DNA of 64,000 bases, taken from NCBI RefSeq assembly GCF_006345805.1, contig NC_043019.1, positions 32,735,360 to 32,799,359 on the forward strand, read 5' to 3'. Origin of the DNA: Octopus sinensis (lineage: Eukaryota). Below, piece by piece: positions 25,855 to 40,278 of the stretch (positions are counted from its first letter, which is position 1; each line of letters opens with the position of its first letter). Made by a program: the position numbers and the translations under genes. The notes under the pieces are model-generated. The model worked only from the letters and a program-made list of their open reading frames with translations, was not told the DNA's origin and made no database searches.

Positions 25855-26212
25855 ATTATTAAATGTAATGCTTATTTTTAAGTAATTGTGCATTTTTTTG
25901 TAGCTTTGAGATTTCAGCGATACAATTGTTTATTCTCAGAATGACATTGTAGGGTGGGTGTGAGAGACTGGATCTGGCCAGTTTGAATATGAAACGGGTA
26001 GTATATTCGGGCCAGTTTAAAACCTTTAGCATTCACATTACTCTATCGAATGTAATGCTTATTTACTTATTCACATTGTTTTGAATTAATCATGCATTTT
26101 CTCATAGCTTTGATACTACAACGATGTGATTGTTCATTTGTAGAATGACATGGTAGGATAGGTGTGAGAGGCGAGATGTGGCACGGATATAGCTGGTTTA
26201 AAGGCTAAAGGA
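25855..26212 (-). mobile_element. Tandem partial copies of the CCCTTTAGCATT MITE
   Basis: Ends GGCTAAAGGATTAA; reverse-complement match to 43491-44295. Confidence 0.65.
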
Positions 26213-26853
26213 TTAATGTAAATGGTATAAAGAAAACAACCTACTAACAGTTTCTTGTATTGGAGATGTTTCTTTGGAGACAAGTGTCTCCAAAGCAAGA
26301 AACTCTCATATCTTCAGACCGCATACATTAATTGATATATTTATATAGTGGTGTGTATGTGTATATATATATGTATTAGAAAATTATCAGAAACCAATCA
26401 TTGGTATTTGAAATGCATTTAATATATATGTTTCAAGTGGTTATGCAACAACTTGTATATAAGTACACCCTCATCAGTTGATTACAAATTCATTGATAAT
26501 AAGCAATTTTTGCTTCTCTATGTAAATAATAGTAGATAGGAAGAAGTCACGTAAACCACAAGAAGAATTATAGAGCGAATGAGAGAAAGATAAAAAGAGA
26601 GAAAAGGCAAAAGATATGAAAGAAACCAGTGAAGTTAATTTCCAAGGAAGAGGAGGGGTGATAGAATAAAAAAATAGATAAATCTATAAATATATGAGTT
26701 GATCACTTAGCTAGATATGTTAGTCCTTTCCTTGTTGTTCGTGACCTTCTCAATAACATGCCATTGCTATTCCGGGTCTGTCTGTGTCTCTCCTAGTTTT
26801 CAGATTTTATAGATGTATTTACGAGGATGTGAAAATATATATATATATATATA

Positions 26854-27272
26854 TATTTCTTAACTACCCACAAGGGGCTAAACACAGAGGGGACAAACAA
26901 GGACAGACAAACGGATTAAGCCGATTACATCGACCCCAGTGCGTAACTGGTACTTAATTTATCGACCCCGAAAGGATGAAAGGCAAAGTCGACCTCGGCG
27001 GAATTTGAACTCAGAACGTAACGACAGACGAAATACCTATTTCTTAACTACCCACAAGGGGCTAAACACAGAGGGGACAAACAAGGACAGACAAACGGAT
27101 TATGCCGATTACATCGACCCCAGTGCGTAACTGGTACTTAATTTATCGACCCCGAAAGGATGAAAGGCAAAGTCGACCTCGGCGGAATTTGAACTCAGAA
27201 CGTAGCGGCAGACGAAATACCGCTAAGCATTTCGCCCGGCGTGCTAACATCTCTGCCGGCTCGCCGCCTTAA
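26854..27272 (-). mobile_element. tRNA-headed SINE (family D) with duplicated 3' half
   Basis: GGCGGCGAGC..GGCAGA head, GTTCAAATTCC B box, central GCCTTTCATCCTTTCGGGGTCGATAAA domain. Other copies at 27580-27995(+), 38428-38662(-), 45708-45940(+), 46471-46690(+), 47047-47464(-), 47960-48060(+). Confidence 0.85.
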
Positions 27273-27277
27273 TATAC

Positions 27278-27314
<37 letters not shown>

Positions 27315-28492
27315 AGAGAGAGAGAGTGAGGGTATGTGTATGGACAGGGGAAGGACGAGAGAGAGATGTGTGAGGGCAGAGATAGGCAGGAGTAGTGCTT
27401 GAGGAAAGTGAGAGATATGTGGAGGGTAAAGGAGGAGAGACTATTTGGTGGCTCAGTGGCAAGAAAATGGGATGGATGGCTGATTAATGTGAAGTGTGGG
27501 TGGAGAGCAACAATATTAGTGGATGAAAATGGATGGAAAACGCAATGGTTCCAGGTAGCAGGAGAACTAAGTGGTATAAAGGTGGTGAGCTGGCAGAAAC
27601 GTTAGCACGCTGGGCGAAATGCTTAGCGGTATTTCGTCTGCCGTTACGTTCTGAGTTCAAATTCCGCCGAGGTCGACTTTGCCTTTCATCCTTTCGGGGT
27701 CGATAAATTAAGTACCAGTTACGCACTGGGGTCGATGTAATCGACTTAATCCATTTGTCTGTCCTTGTTTGTCCCCTCTGTGTTTAGCGCCTTGTGGGTA
27801 GTAAAAAATAGGTATTTCGTCTGCCGTTACGTTCTGAGTTCAAATTCCGCCGAGGTTGACTTTGCCTTTCATCCTTTCGGGGTCGATAAATAAAGTTCTG
27901 GTTTCGCACTGGGGTCGGTGTAATTGACTTAATCCCTTTGTCTGTCCTTGTTTGTCCCCTCTGTGTTTAGCCCCTTGTAGGTAGTAAAAAATAGGTATAA
28001 AGGAAAAAGGAAGTGCTCGAGTTTGATGATTGGCAGTGGAAGTAAGAAATTGGACAAAGGACCCATTTGTATACACACACACACACACTGCCCCCAGAAT
28101 TCATTTTCATTAAGGATGTGAGTCTGCTTGTGAACCACAGATTGCCTGTCATCTGGGTCCTTCGTCATCTCCTCCATAAGCTTCAAAGCCCTAAGATCAG
28201 CTTTCGTTTTTTTTTTTTTTTTGTCCTATGTCTTCCTGGGTCTCCCTTTTCTACAACTTCCATCCACATTGAGTGAGTGGCGCTCCTTTATACGGCCACC
28301 TCCATCCATACACATCACATATCCATACAAGTACAGTCTTCTTTCAATGACCTCCCATTTTCCTTTTCAGAAACAGTATGTCTAGGATTTTATTAGCAAT
28401 GTATCTTCCTTTTTTAAGGAGTCTGGTGTGAAGAAGATTTAGCTGCAAGTTCTAGCAGGTCGAATGCCTTTGACAAGTTGATCTTTTGTCAA

Positions 28493-28862
28493 CTATGGCA
28501 ATCCCCTCCTCACCATGGTGGGGATGCTGGCAATGGGTAGTGTCAGAGCTATGCCGTCAGGAACTTCGGTTCCTGGTAGGGCCACCCAAGGCGAATTGGT
28601 CTGAAACCAAGTGGTATTAGGGCCACAACCCGGCAGATGGGGCTCTGGTGAAAATCCTCGGAGTGTCTGCTTCGGCAACCGGCGGCTCCTCGGTTGTTCT
28701 GTCCTTGTGTCTGCGGACAATCTGCGGCAAACAGGATGTCTCAACATGTGGGATTGTTGGGGACTGCTTGTGAAATCCACATATTCCCACGAAACTTCTT
28801 CCATAAGTAGAAGCCGACTCAACCCGCCCAGGGTTGAATGTCGCCACGAGTACAAGTAAGTA
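28493..28862 (+). mobile_element. Probable RTE-like 5'UTR fragment
   Basis: GC-rich island with GAGCTATGCC...CCTGGTAGGGCCACCCAAGG, resembling RTE 5' regions as recalled, not database-confirmed. Confidence 0.4.
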
Positions 28863-29331
28863 AAACTATGGCAATTTGATATTTTGGCCTTTAGTTAGGT
28901 CCATTTCTGTTCTCAGTTCAAATCTGGTTGAAGACAACAACATTGCCCTTCATCCCTCCAGTATGGGTTAAATCATGTACTGGGTACCTTTTCAATTGAT
29001 TTCACAGCACCCACAAAATATTGAGGCTGACTTTATTCTGTTATTCATTTGACTGTGGTCATTCTGGAGCACTGCCTTAAAGCGTTTTAGTCAAAGAAAT
29101 CAACCCCAGGACTTATTCTTTGTAAGCCTGGTGCTTTTTCTATCAGTTTTCTTTTGCTGAACTGCTAAGTTACAGGGATGCTGGAACATTGCCACGAAGA
29201 GTTTTTAGTTGAACAAAATGACGTCAGTACTTATCTATTTATTTATTTATTTTTCTTGTGAATCTCTTTTGTTGAAATGCTAAGTTATGACAACATAAAC
29301 TAACCAACGTAGGTGGTTGAGTGCTGCCGGG

Positions 29332-29591
29332 TCACAAACTCAAACACAGACACCCACGTACGCACACACACACAGACTCAAACACACGCATACAGACACA
29401 CAGACTCAAACACACAAACAAACACACACTCAAACACACACACACACTCAAACACACACACACACACCACACACACACACTCAAACACACACACACTCAA
29501 ACACACACACACACACACACTCAAACATACACACACACACTCAAACATACACACACACACACACTCAAACACACACACACACACACAGACT

Positions 29592-29630
<39 letters not shown>

Positions 29631-29660
29631 ACTCAAACACACACACACACACACACACAC
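29332..29660. repeat. (CA)n array interrupted by TCAAA
   Basis: Read directly. Confidence 0.9.
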
Positions 29661-30327
29661 CGTCTACCAAATTCGCTCAGAAGGCTCTGGTCGACCCTGG
29701 GCAATTATGGTTGGAGACATTTTCCCAAAGTACAGCACAGTGGGAATGAACCCAAGATCACAAGCATCCTTCCACACAACCAATTCCTGCGCCTCTCAAT
29801 TCCTCCACGCCTAAACATTCATTAACTTCTTAAATATTATAAAGTATTGATCTTCGATGTCTCCAGAATATTGATATTTCAATTGCGACTTGTCAAACTT
29901 TGAACTTTAGATTTAACCCGTCTGTCTATTATAAGGGAGATAACTTTATTACTTAGTAATAAGGGAAGTAACTTGCGTTCAATTTTTTTTTTTCAGTTAC
30001 GTTCATCCATAAATTTGTTTATAATATAATATAAAGAATGAAATTATTGTATACAGTGCTCAGGTGCACTATTTTTTTCTGCTTTTAAATCTAGTTTTGC
30101 TATATTCCTTTCCATAAAATCTGTTAGCTACATGTTAGCCACAGCTGGTGATCTTATGTGAGTGTGTGTGTGCATACATATAAGTATTTTAAGATATAGA
30201 TATTTATATATTAAGCGCGATAAAGTTACCTGACTATTACTATTAAAAGACGTAAGCAGCACTTTAAGGATAAAGAAGTTACATCCAAATATACAATGAT
30301 CAGTTGGTCATTTTTACTCGACTTTTG

Positions 30328-30737
30328 GGATCTTTTCGGTTTGAACGGCAGTTTTTCTAGCGGTGTCATATGAAATTGTCACCCATAATTATAACCCTAG
30401 TATCAATCTATTGCATTTCGATCTGTTTTAGGATTAGGGGTGGGGGAAGGGTATCTTTTTTTCTTCAGAAATGTAAATAAACCCAATCTGTTTCTTAAAC
30501 GAGGGACATATTCATACGGCACAGAATGTTTTTTACCTCAATAGACGTCATTAATTGGTTGAAATTGCAGAAATTGAAGAAAAAAAACAACAAATATGTT
30601 ACAAACTATAGAATTTTCTCAATAAAGCCAAGAGAAAAAGATGTTTTATAAACACATTCTACCAGTATACGAAGTTTAAAATATTTTAGTTACGTGGAAA
30701 TTATTTTAAAAAACTGCCATTCAAATTGAAAAGATCC
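30328..30737. mobile_element. MITE with about 29-bp TIR GGATCTTTTCGGTTTGAACGGCAGTTTTT
   Basis: Both TIRs present; degenerate flanking CGACTTT duplication; same family as 60624-61033. Confidence 0.85.
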
Positions 30738-30889
30738 CGACTTTATATGTGTGTGTGTGTGTGTGTGTGTAATGTATATATAAGTATGTGTATATGTGTG
30801 GTATATATGTGTGTATGTAATATATGTGTGTAATGTGTATGTATATTTATGTGTGTGTATGTATGTGTACATGTGTGTCTGTGTATATA

Positions 30890-31750
30890 CAAGGTGTGGT
30901 GAATAAATTGTCTAAATTACGCAAAAATGAAAATATCCCTGACATCTCATTTTAAAAGATATATATACCAAAATTACATAAAAAATATCTTGAAATATTA
31001 AAGAATAAATTTATTCAATGAAATCGCCATTGGTTTCAACCACGGCCTCCAAACAACTTCGGAATCTCCTGCAACTGTTTTTGACAGTATCCTTGTTTAA
31101 GTTGGTGAATTCTGCTATAATCCTTGCCTTCAGTTCATCTTTGGCGTTACAAGGAGTTTTGTTGGTCTCTCACTCAACTGTGCCCCGCACATAATGATCA
31201 AGGGGGTTGCAGTCTGGGGAGTTAGGTGGCCAGATGTTAGGGGTGATATGGTCGTAAAATTTGTGTGACAGCCATGGCTGGATTCTCCTGCTTGTGTGGT
31301 ATGGTGCAGTGTCCTGTTGCCAGACATAGGGTCTCTCAGCAGCCACCCTCTTGACCCAGAGCAGCGTTACCTCCTCCAGGCACTTGATGTAGGCCTCCGT
31401 GTTGAGCGTGAGGCTGCATGGGAAGATGTATCGAGGCATAACGTCACCATCACTAGTGATCACTCCAAAGGCCATGATGTTGACTGGATGCTGGATTTTT
31501 ATCACTCTCAGTGCATGCACTGACTCCCAAACACTCTGAAATGTTTGTATCGGAGCTTCTGGCGTGAATACCAAGTAGTACAGCATGTCATTTCCAAATT
31601 TCTGGCAGAGTGAATTGCATCATGGTGCTGTTTTTCTCACAGACGGTGCCCGACTGACCCTACTATACTGTGTAGTCAACAAAATCAGAAACAATGTACA
31701 GGCATGAAATTAAAAATATAACATGGTGTCAATTTACACATCACACTCTG
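30890..31750 (-). mobile_element. Internally deleted Tc1/mariner element, DD37D (maT-type) transposase remnant
   Basis: TA flanks; TIRs CAAGGTGTGGTGAATAAATTG / CAGAGTGTGATGTGTAAATTG; WQQDTAP...WPPNSPDCNPLDHY with 37 residues between the catalytic Asp; frameshifted tail ends GDFIE* at 31011. Confidence 0.9.
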
Positions 31751-31834
31751 TATATATATATGTGTGTGGTGTGTGTGTCTGTATACACACACACATATTC
31801 ACAGCATACACTTTATAATTCATAATTTTCATTC

Positions 31835-31872
<38 letters not shown>

Positions 31873-32579
31873 CTTAATCATTTCCACATGTCTGAACAAG
31901 GTGGACAGGATAAAATTCCCTGCACAAAGGATATATATATCATCATCATCATCATTTAGCGTCCGCTTTCCATGCTAGCATGGGTTGGACGGAAGCCAGA
32001 AGGCTGCATCAGGCCCAGTCTGATCTGGCAGTGTTTCTACGGCTGGATGCCCTTCCTAACGCCAACCACTCCGTGAGTGTAGTGGGTGCTTTTTACGTGC
32101 CACCCGCACAGGTGCCGGACGGAGCTGGCAAACGGCCACGGACGGATGGTGCTTTTTACGTGCCACCGGCACGGGGGCCAGGCGAGGCTGGCAATGGCCA
32201 CGATCGGATAGTGCTTTTTATGTGCCACCGGCACGGGGGCCAGGCGAGGCTGGCAACGGCCACGAACGGATGGTGCTTTTTACGTGCCACCGGCCGGGGG
32301 CCAGGCGAGGGTATCTAAGAGATACTGCCACGCTGGAAATAGCAGCCAAAATCTGACTCTAAAACCGCATTAAATTTATATATATATATATATATATATA
32401 TTTTTTTAATTTTATTTCTTAGGGAATAAAAATTCCGGCATAACAGGGGTTCAAATTATTCTCAATGAGGGAATATAGGTTTTCATTTAGAGATAGTGGG
32501 GCCCCTTCATCTCACCATATAAAAGAACTCAAAGTTAAATACTTACTACTTTATAACTTGGCTACACGTGTTTCTTGAG

Positions 32580-32625
<46 letters not shown>

Positions 32626-32884
32626 CTAGATGAGTTGGTCACAGCTGGAATGCATTTTGATCATAGATCTACACAGTCAGTCCTGACCCGATGCTAAATA
32701 AAATGCCAACTACACTAAATTCAGTTGCATTAACACCTAACTGGACAGCACTCAACTATCACTCTCTCTCTCTCTCTTTTTTTTTTTTTTTTTTTTTTTT
32801 TGCAATTAATCTGATTATCAGCTTTTGTCTTGGTTTCCACCAATATATCTGCTTTAGTTATAAGTGTTCTGATAGGAAAACCAT

Positions 32885-32934
<50 letters not shown>

Positions 32935-33378
32935 AAAGAAGCTTAATTAATTAGCTTACTTGCTGCATTGCAGTGTGTATGTATATGTGGACATGCCTGT
33001 TTGTTTACGGAAATATATGTGCGTGACTACTTGCACAAGTGTGTGTATGTATGTGTGTGTGTGTGTGTGTGTACATATAAATATATATGCACATACACAC
33101 GTGTAAGTATAGATGTGTGTTTGTGTATATATATATATATATATAGATGTGTATGTCTTTCTCTCCTCTCTCTCATATATATATATATATAGCTTCACTT
33201 GTACAAATATGTATCTAGCTATCTCTGCACACGCACATATTTACGCACACACACACGCATCATATGTGAATAGTGGTTCTGCTCTGTAGGACAAAACAAT
33301 AGGACGAATGCATACGTTGGAGGGGTGCTTCTCCCTGTGATAGCCTTTACCAATATCTAGTGAAATTACCTTTCACCT

Positions 33379-33526
33379 ATGGCAGTGCCATTTCTGACCG
33401 GGAATGATATTTTGAACGGCTTCAAAGCAAACAACTGCCTCTCCAGTTCATCTCGGTCCACGGATTCTGATGAACCAGAGATTGTAATATGTGATTTGAA
33501 TTTCCTTTACCCTGATTTTGGAATTG
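33379..33526 (+). CDS. EFR3: Candidate first coding exon of EFR3 (49 aa + G, phase 1)
   Basis: ATG preceded by in-frame TGA at 33361; stop-free unique sequence; G|GTAAGA donor at 33527; joins GT of exon 41004 to give Gly; possible acceptor TGTAG at 33289. Confidence 0.6.
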
Positions 33527-33719
33527 GTAAGATACAGATATCTTGTTTGTCACCTCACAAATGACATTCTTTTTGAGGGTTTTTTGTTTTTTTGGTTAAA
33601 ATTTTTTGTTTTTCTTTTAGCCTTTATAGTAATTCCTTGAATTTGCGTGTTTAACACATTTATGGATTTATTTATTTTATACATGCTTGCATATGAAAAT
33701 ATATTTGTTCATTTCTTGT

Positions 33720-33903
33720 ACATAATGTGTGTATATATATATATCTATATCTATACATATATATATATATATATAAATGTATGTATGAGTATGTATATGT
33801 GTATATTTGTGTGTATTATAAGGTATGCTTACATGCATATATATATCATCATCATCGTTTAACGTCCGCTTTCCATGCTAGCATGGGTTGGACTAAATAT
33901 ATA

Positions 33904-33936
<33 letters not shown>

Positions 33937-36176
33937 ATGTATGTATGTATGTGTATATATGTATGTATGTATGTGTATATATGTATGTATGTATATGTAT
34001 GTGTATATGTATATATGTATGTATGTATATATGTATGTGTATATGTATATATGTATGTATGTATATATGTATGTGTATATGTATATATGTATGTAGGTAT
34101 ATATGTATGTATGTATATATATATGTATGTATGTATATATATGTATATATGTATGTATGTATATGTATATATGTATGTATGTATATGTATATATGTATGT
34201 ATGTATATGTATATATGTATGTATGTATATGTATATATGTATGTATGTATATATGTATGTATGTATATGTATATATGTATGTATGTATATATGTATGTAT
34301 GTATATGTATATATGTATGTATGTATATGTATATATGTATGTATGTATATGTATATATGTATGTATGTATATATATATGTATGTATGTATATATATATGT
34401 ATGTATGTATATATATATGTATGTATGTATGTATATGTATGTATGTATGTATATATATATGTATGTATATGTATATATGTATGTATGTATATGTATATAT
34501 ATATGTATGTATGTATATATATGTATGTATGTATATATATATATATGTATGTATGTATGTATATGTATATATGTATGTATGTATGTATATGTATATATGT
34601 ATGTATGTATGTATATGTATATATGTATGTATGTATGTATATGTATATATATATGTATGTATGTATATGTATATATATATGTATGTATGTATATGTATAT
34701 ATATATGTATGTATGTATATGTATTATATATGTATGTATGTATATGTAATATATATGTATGTATGTATATGTATATATATATGTAATGTATGTATATGTA
34801 TATATATATGTATGTATGTATATGTATATATATATGTATGTAGTATATGTATATATATATGTATGTATGTATATGTATATATATATTGTGTTATGTATAT
34901 GTATATATATATGTATGTATGTATATGTATATATAATGTATGTATGTATATGTATATATATATGTATGTATGTATATGTATATATATATGTATGTATGTA
35001 TATGTATATATATATGTATGTATGTATATGTAATATATATATGTATTGATAGTATATGGTATTATATAGTATGTATGTATATGTATATATATATGTATGT
35101 ATATGTATATGTATATATATATGTATGTATGGTATATGTATATATATATGTATGTATGTATATGTATATATATATGTATGTATGTATATGTATATATATA
35201 TGTATGTATGTATATGTATATATATATGTATGTATGTATATGTATATATATATGTATGTATGTATATGTATATATATGTATGTATGTATGTATATGTATA
35301 TATATATGTATGTATGTATATGTATATATATATATATATGTTGTATATATATATATATATGTATGTATATGTATATATATATGTATGTATGTATATGTAT
35401 TATATATGTATGTATGTATATGTTATAATATGTATGTATGTATATGTATTATAATGTATGTATGTATATGTATATATATATGTGTATATTGTTATATATG
35501 GTAGTATATGTATATATATTGTATGTATGTATATATATGTATGTATATAATGTATGTATATGTATATATATGTAATGTATATGTATGTATATATGTATGT
35601 ATATGTATATATATATGTATGTATGTATATATATATATATGTATGTATGTATATGTATGTATGTATGTATGTATGTATATGTATGTATGTATGTATATGT
35701 ATATATATATGTATGTATGTATATGTATATATATATGTATGTATGTATATGTATATATATATATGTATGTATGTATATGTATATATATATATGTATGTAT
35801 GTATATGTATATATATATATGTATGTATATGTATATATATGTATGTATGTGTATGTAGTTATATGTAGATATATATATGTATGTATATGTATATATATAT
35901 ATGTATGTATGTATATGTATATATATATATGTATGTATATGTATATATATATATGTATGTATGTATATGTATATATATATATGTATATGTATATATATAT
36001 ATGTATATGTATATATATATATGTATATGTATATATGTATATGTATATATATATATGTATATGTATATATATATATGTATGTATGTATATGTATATATAT
36101 ATATGTATGTATGTATATATATATGTATGTATGTATATGTATATATATATATGTATGTATGTATATGTATATATAA
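33720..36176. repeat. About 2.4-kb (TATG)n/(TA)n compound array with a short family C insert at 33846-33892
   Basis: Read directly. Confidence 0.95.
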
Positions 36177-36770
36177 GTTTGGCAAAATTTAGATTCAGAT
36201 GAATATGGTACTTAAATCAAAGGCACCAGAATTTTGTATGGTGTTATCCATATAAATCCATGGGGTGATTACAATCAAAATAAGCAACAAGTATATCCGA
36301 GGTATTTTATATATATACACACACACACACACACACATATATACATTTACAGAGAGAGAGAGAGAGAGAGAGATGTAGGTACATCAAAAAGCAAAAGTTT
36401 TGATTTCTTAAATTTATCCCTGTTTCTTGAAGATGTATATTGTTCATAACACATACAAGCTGCTTCTTTTTCCATTCACCAAAGTGAATGGAGCTTTGGC
36501 CAGGAGGAATTGATGTCATCTGGTGGTATCCTATGACCATCAGATGTTACAACCCTGAACCATAACACCCTCCCATTGGCGGCCCAACAGAGGTGGCCGT
36601 ATTACTACTCATCATCATCTCTCCTGGCTTTCATTAGATGCATTGTAATTAAGATCAGCTTCATCTGTGAAAGCAGATTATCTCAAGAATCAAGAATTCT
36701 CTAAAGTTGACATGACACTGAAGAAAAGTGCATGGTTCTTGTCTGGAGATATCTATGTATATGTATGTTT

Positions 36771-36811
<41 letters not shown>

Positions 36812-37040
36812 CGTATATATGCTTGTGTGTGTTTGTATGTATTATGTATGTGTGTGTATGTTTGTATATATATATATATATATATATATCCCCTACTTCT
36901 TCCCTCTCGTGTGTGTCCCTTTCTGTAGAAGAGCATAGGCTTGAAACGTAAAAGACTTTTTCTATTCCTGAGCGTTATACTAATACATCTGTTTGTTTTG
37001 TACACCACCTGTCTTCGTCTTTTGTTTTTTCTTAAACTCT

Positions 37041-37102
<62 letters not shown>

Positions 37103-39937
37103 TATAGCCTCAGGGTGACCAAAATCTTGTGAATGGATTTCGTAGACAGAAACTGAAAGACACCTGTTGTGTGTGTGTTGTATATATATATCATCATTTA
37201 ATGTCCATTTTCCATGCATGCATGGGTAGGATAGTTCACAGGAGCTGGCCAACTAGAAAAGCTACTCTTTGCTACTCTGTCTGTTTTGGCAGGGTTTTTA
37301 TGGCTGGATGCCCTTCTTGGCACCAACCACTCCACAGAGTGGACTCAGTGCCTTTTACGTGGCACTAACGCAGTTGAGGTTAGTTTCGGCATGATTTTTA
37401 CAGCTGCATGCCCTTCCCAATGCCAACCATGTTACAGTGTGGACAGGAGGCTTTTAATGTGGAACTCGCACTGGCAAGGTAAACCAAATAACTTGCAAGA
37501 CAAGGAATTATTTAAGGAGGGGAATTTGTATCAGAGGATGAAAAGATAGAGAGCGACAAAGAGACAAAAACAGAAGCTGGTGCCTTGGCACAACAGAAGG
37601 GGGGGGGGGCATTAGTGGATGGGATTCAGTAGCAGGGGATGAAAGGTTAGTGTGACAGAGAAATAGAGAGGTAGAAATAGGTGTTTTACTATAGAGGAGG
37701 TACATGGTACCCAGTGAGAGAGAGAGTGAGGTACAAGAAAGAGGCCAGAAACAAATGTGCTGATGTAAAGGAGATCCTTGGTTTCCTAGTCAGAGGAAGA
37801 ACAAGGAAAGAGAGAGAGACCAAGGAAGAGAGAGAGAGAGAGAGAGACCAAGGGAAAGAGAGAGAGAGAGTAGGAAACAGTAAAAGTGTAAGAGAGAGCA
37901 GAAGAGTGATGGTGTAGTGCTTGGGTTAACTCACTAGTAACAAGGATCTGTGCAGAGAACCTGGGTAGAAAAATAGGGTGGGAGGCTGGAGCAGTGATAC
38001 AGTGAGCAGGGTAGTGAGGGCAAGAAAAGGGATTGGAAAGCAATCATAATTTATGAAGAGGAAATGTGAGGAAGAGAAAGATGCAGTTTAGAAGAGATGT
38101 TTTTCAGTTTTTTTAGTGTAGGGTGTGTGAAATGTGGTTTGTTACATGTTGGTAGGACACAGCGTCGGTTATCAAGCAATGCTAGGGGGACAAACACAGA
38201 CACACAAACACACACATGCACATATATATATATATATATACATACATATATACGATGGGCTTCTTTCAGTTTCCGTCTACCAAATCCACTCACAAGGCTT
38301 TGGTCGGCCTGAGGCTATAGTAGAAGACACTTGCCCAAGGTGCCACGCGGTGGGACTGAACCCGGAACCATGTGGTTGGTAAACAAGCTACTTACCACAC
38401 ATCCACTCCTGCGCCACATTTTTTACTTTTCTTTATTGCCCACAAGGGGCGAAACATAGAGGGGACGAACAAGGACAAACGAAGTGATTAAGTCGATTAC
38501 ATCGACCCCCCCAGTGCGAAACTGGTACTTTATTTATCGACCCCGAAAGGATGAAAGGCAAAGTCGACCTCGGCGGAATTTGAACTCAGAACGTAACGAC
38601 AGACGAAATGCCGCTAAGAATTTCGCCCGGCACGCTAATGAGTCTGCCAGCTCACCACCTTAACTCATATTAGAACCTCATATTACCAAACATATACGTG
38701 TGATGTGTGTATGTCTTCATGCCTGTCCCCTACCACTGCTTGACAACTAGTGGTGGTATGTTTACGTTTTTGTAACTTAGCAGTTTGGCAAATGAAAACC
38801 AATAGAACAGATATTAGGCTCAGCTGAAAAATAAGTACTGGGGTCCATTATTTCTGCAATAAAATTCAAGGTGGTGCCCCAGCATGACCACAGTCTAATG
38901 GCTGAAACAAGTAAAAGATAAGAGGAGTGGCTGCGTGGTAAGTAGCTTGCTTACCAACCACATGGTTGCAGGTTCAGTTCCACTGTGTGGCACCTTGGGC
39001 AAGTGCCTTCTGTTATAGCCTTGGGCCGACCAAAGCCTTGTGAGCGGATTTGGTAGGCGGAAACTGAAAGAAGCCTGTCGTATATATGTGTGTGTGTGTG
39101 TGTGTGTATACGTATGTATGTATATGTTTGTATGTCTGTGTTTGTTCTTCCAGCTTCACTTGACAACCGATGCTGGTGTGTTTACGTCCCTGTAACTTAG
39201 CAGTTTGGCAAAAGAGACCGATAGAATAAGTATTGGGCTTACAAAGAATAAGTCCTGGGATCGATTTGCTCGACTAAAGGCGGTGCTCCAGCATGGCCAC
39301 AGTCACATGACTGAAACAAGTAAAAGAATATACATGTTTGCTTACACACACACACACACACACACTATGTTTCTAATACCCTCAGTCGTATTTTAGGACG
39401 GTTGTGGTTTTCCTTTTTTGGTACACATTGCTTACCGCCGTCTATATTAATTATACGTATATATTTATATATATATTTATCCATGTATACACATGTGTCA
39501 CTGTACACCGGCCACCCACCAAACATACATACACCCATGCCTACGCACATAATTAGTCTACAATATAATTATCTTTCAAATCAGCCCATGGCAATATTTA
39601 TTTGATAATGGGTTTAAAAACCATCACGTGGCTATTTGCATCTTACCTTTTGGTATTTTGATTTGATTGAGAAATCTCCACCTTTACTATCGTACTGACA
39701 ATAATAACCTTAGTCAAATTATACTCTTTACTCTTTTACTTGTTTCAGTCATTTGACTGCGGCCATGCTGGAGCACCGCCTTTAGTCGAGGAAATCGACC
39801 CTGGGACTTATTCTTTGTAAGCCCAGTACTTATTCTATCGGTCTCTTTTGCCGAACCGCTAAGTGATGGGGACGTAAACACACCAGCATCGGTTGTCAAG
39901 CAATGCTAGGGGGACAAATACAGACACACAAACATAT

Positions 39938-39983
<46 letters not shown>

Positions 39984-40278
39984 CATATATATATATATAT
40001 ATATATATATAGATATATATATATATATATATATAATATATATATATATATATACGACAGGCTTCTTTCAGTTTCCGTCTACCAAATCCACTCACAAGGC
40101 ATTGGTCGGCCTGGGGCTATAGCAGAAGCCACTTGCGCAAGATGCCACGCAGTGGGACTGAACCCGGAACCATGTGGTTGGTATGCAAGCTACTTACCAC
40201 ACAGCCACTCCTGCGCCTTATTATCTCAAGTTATTTTATTAAAACTTCCTTTATTTTTTTTTTACTAACCTTATTTCT

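Noticed and set aside
28855-28861. Strong GTAAGT donor
   Set aside because: Lies at the AAGT-repeat end of a probable retroelement fragment; no supported exon upstream
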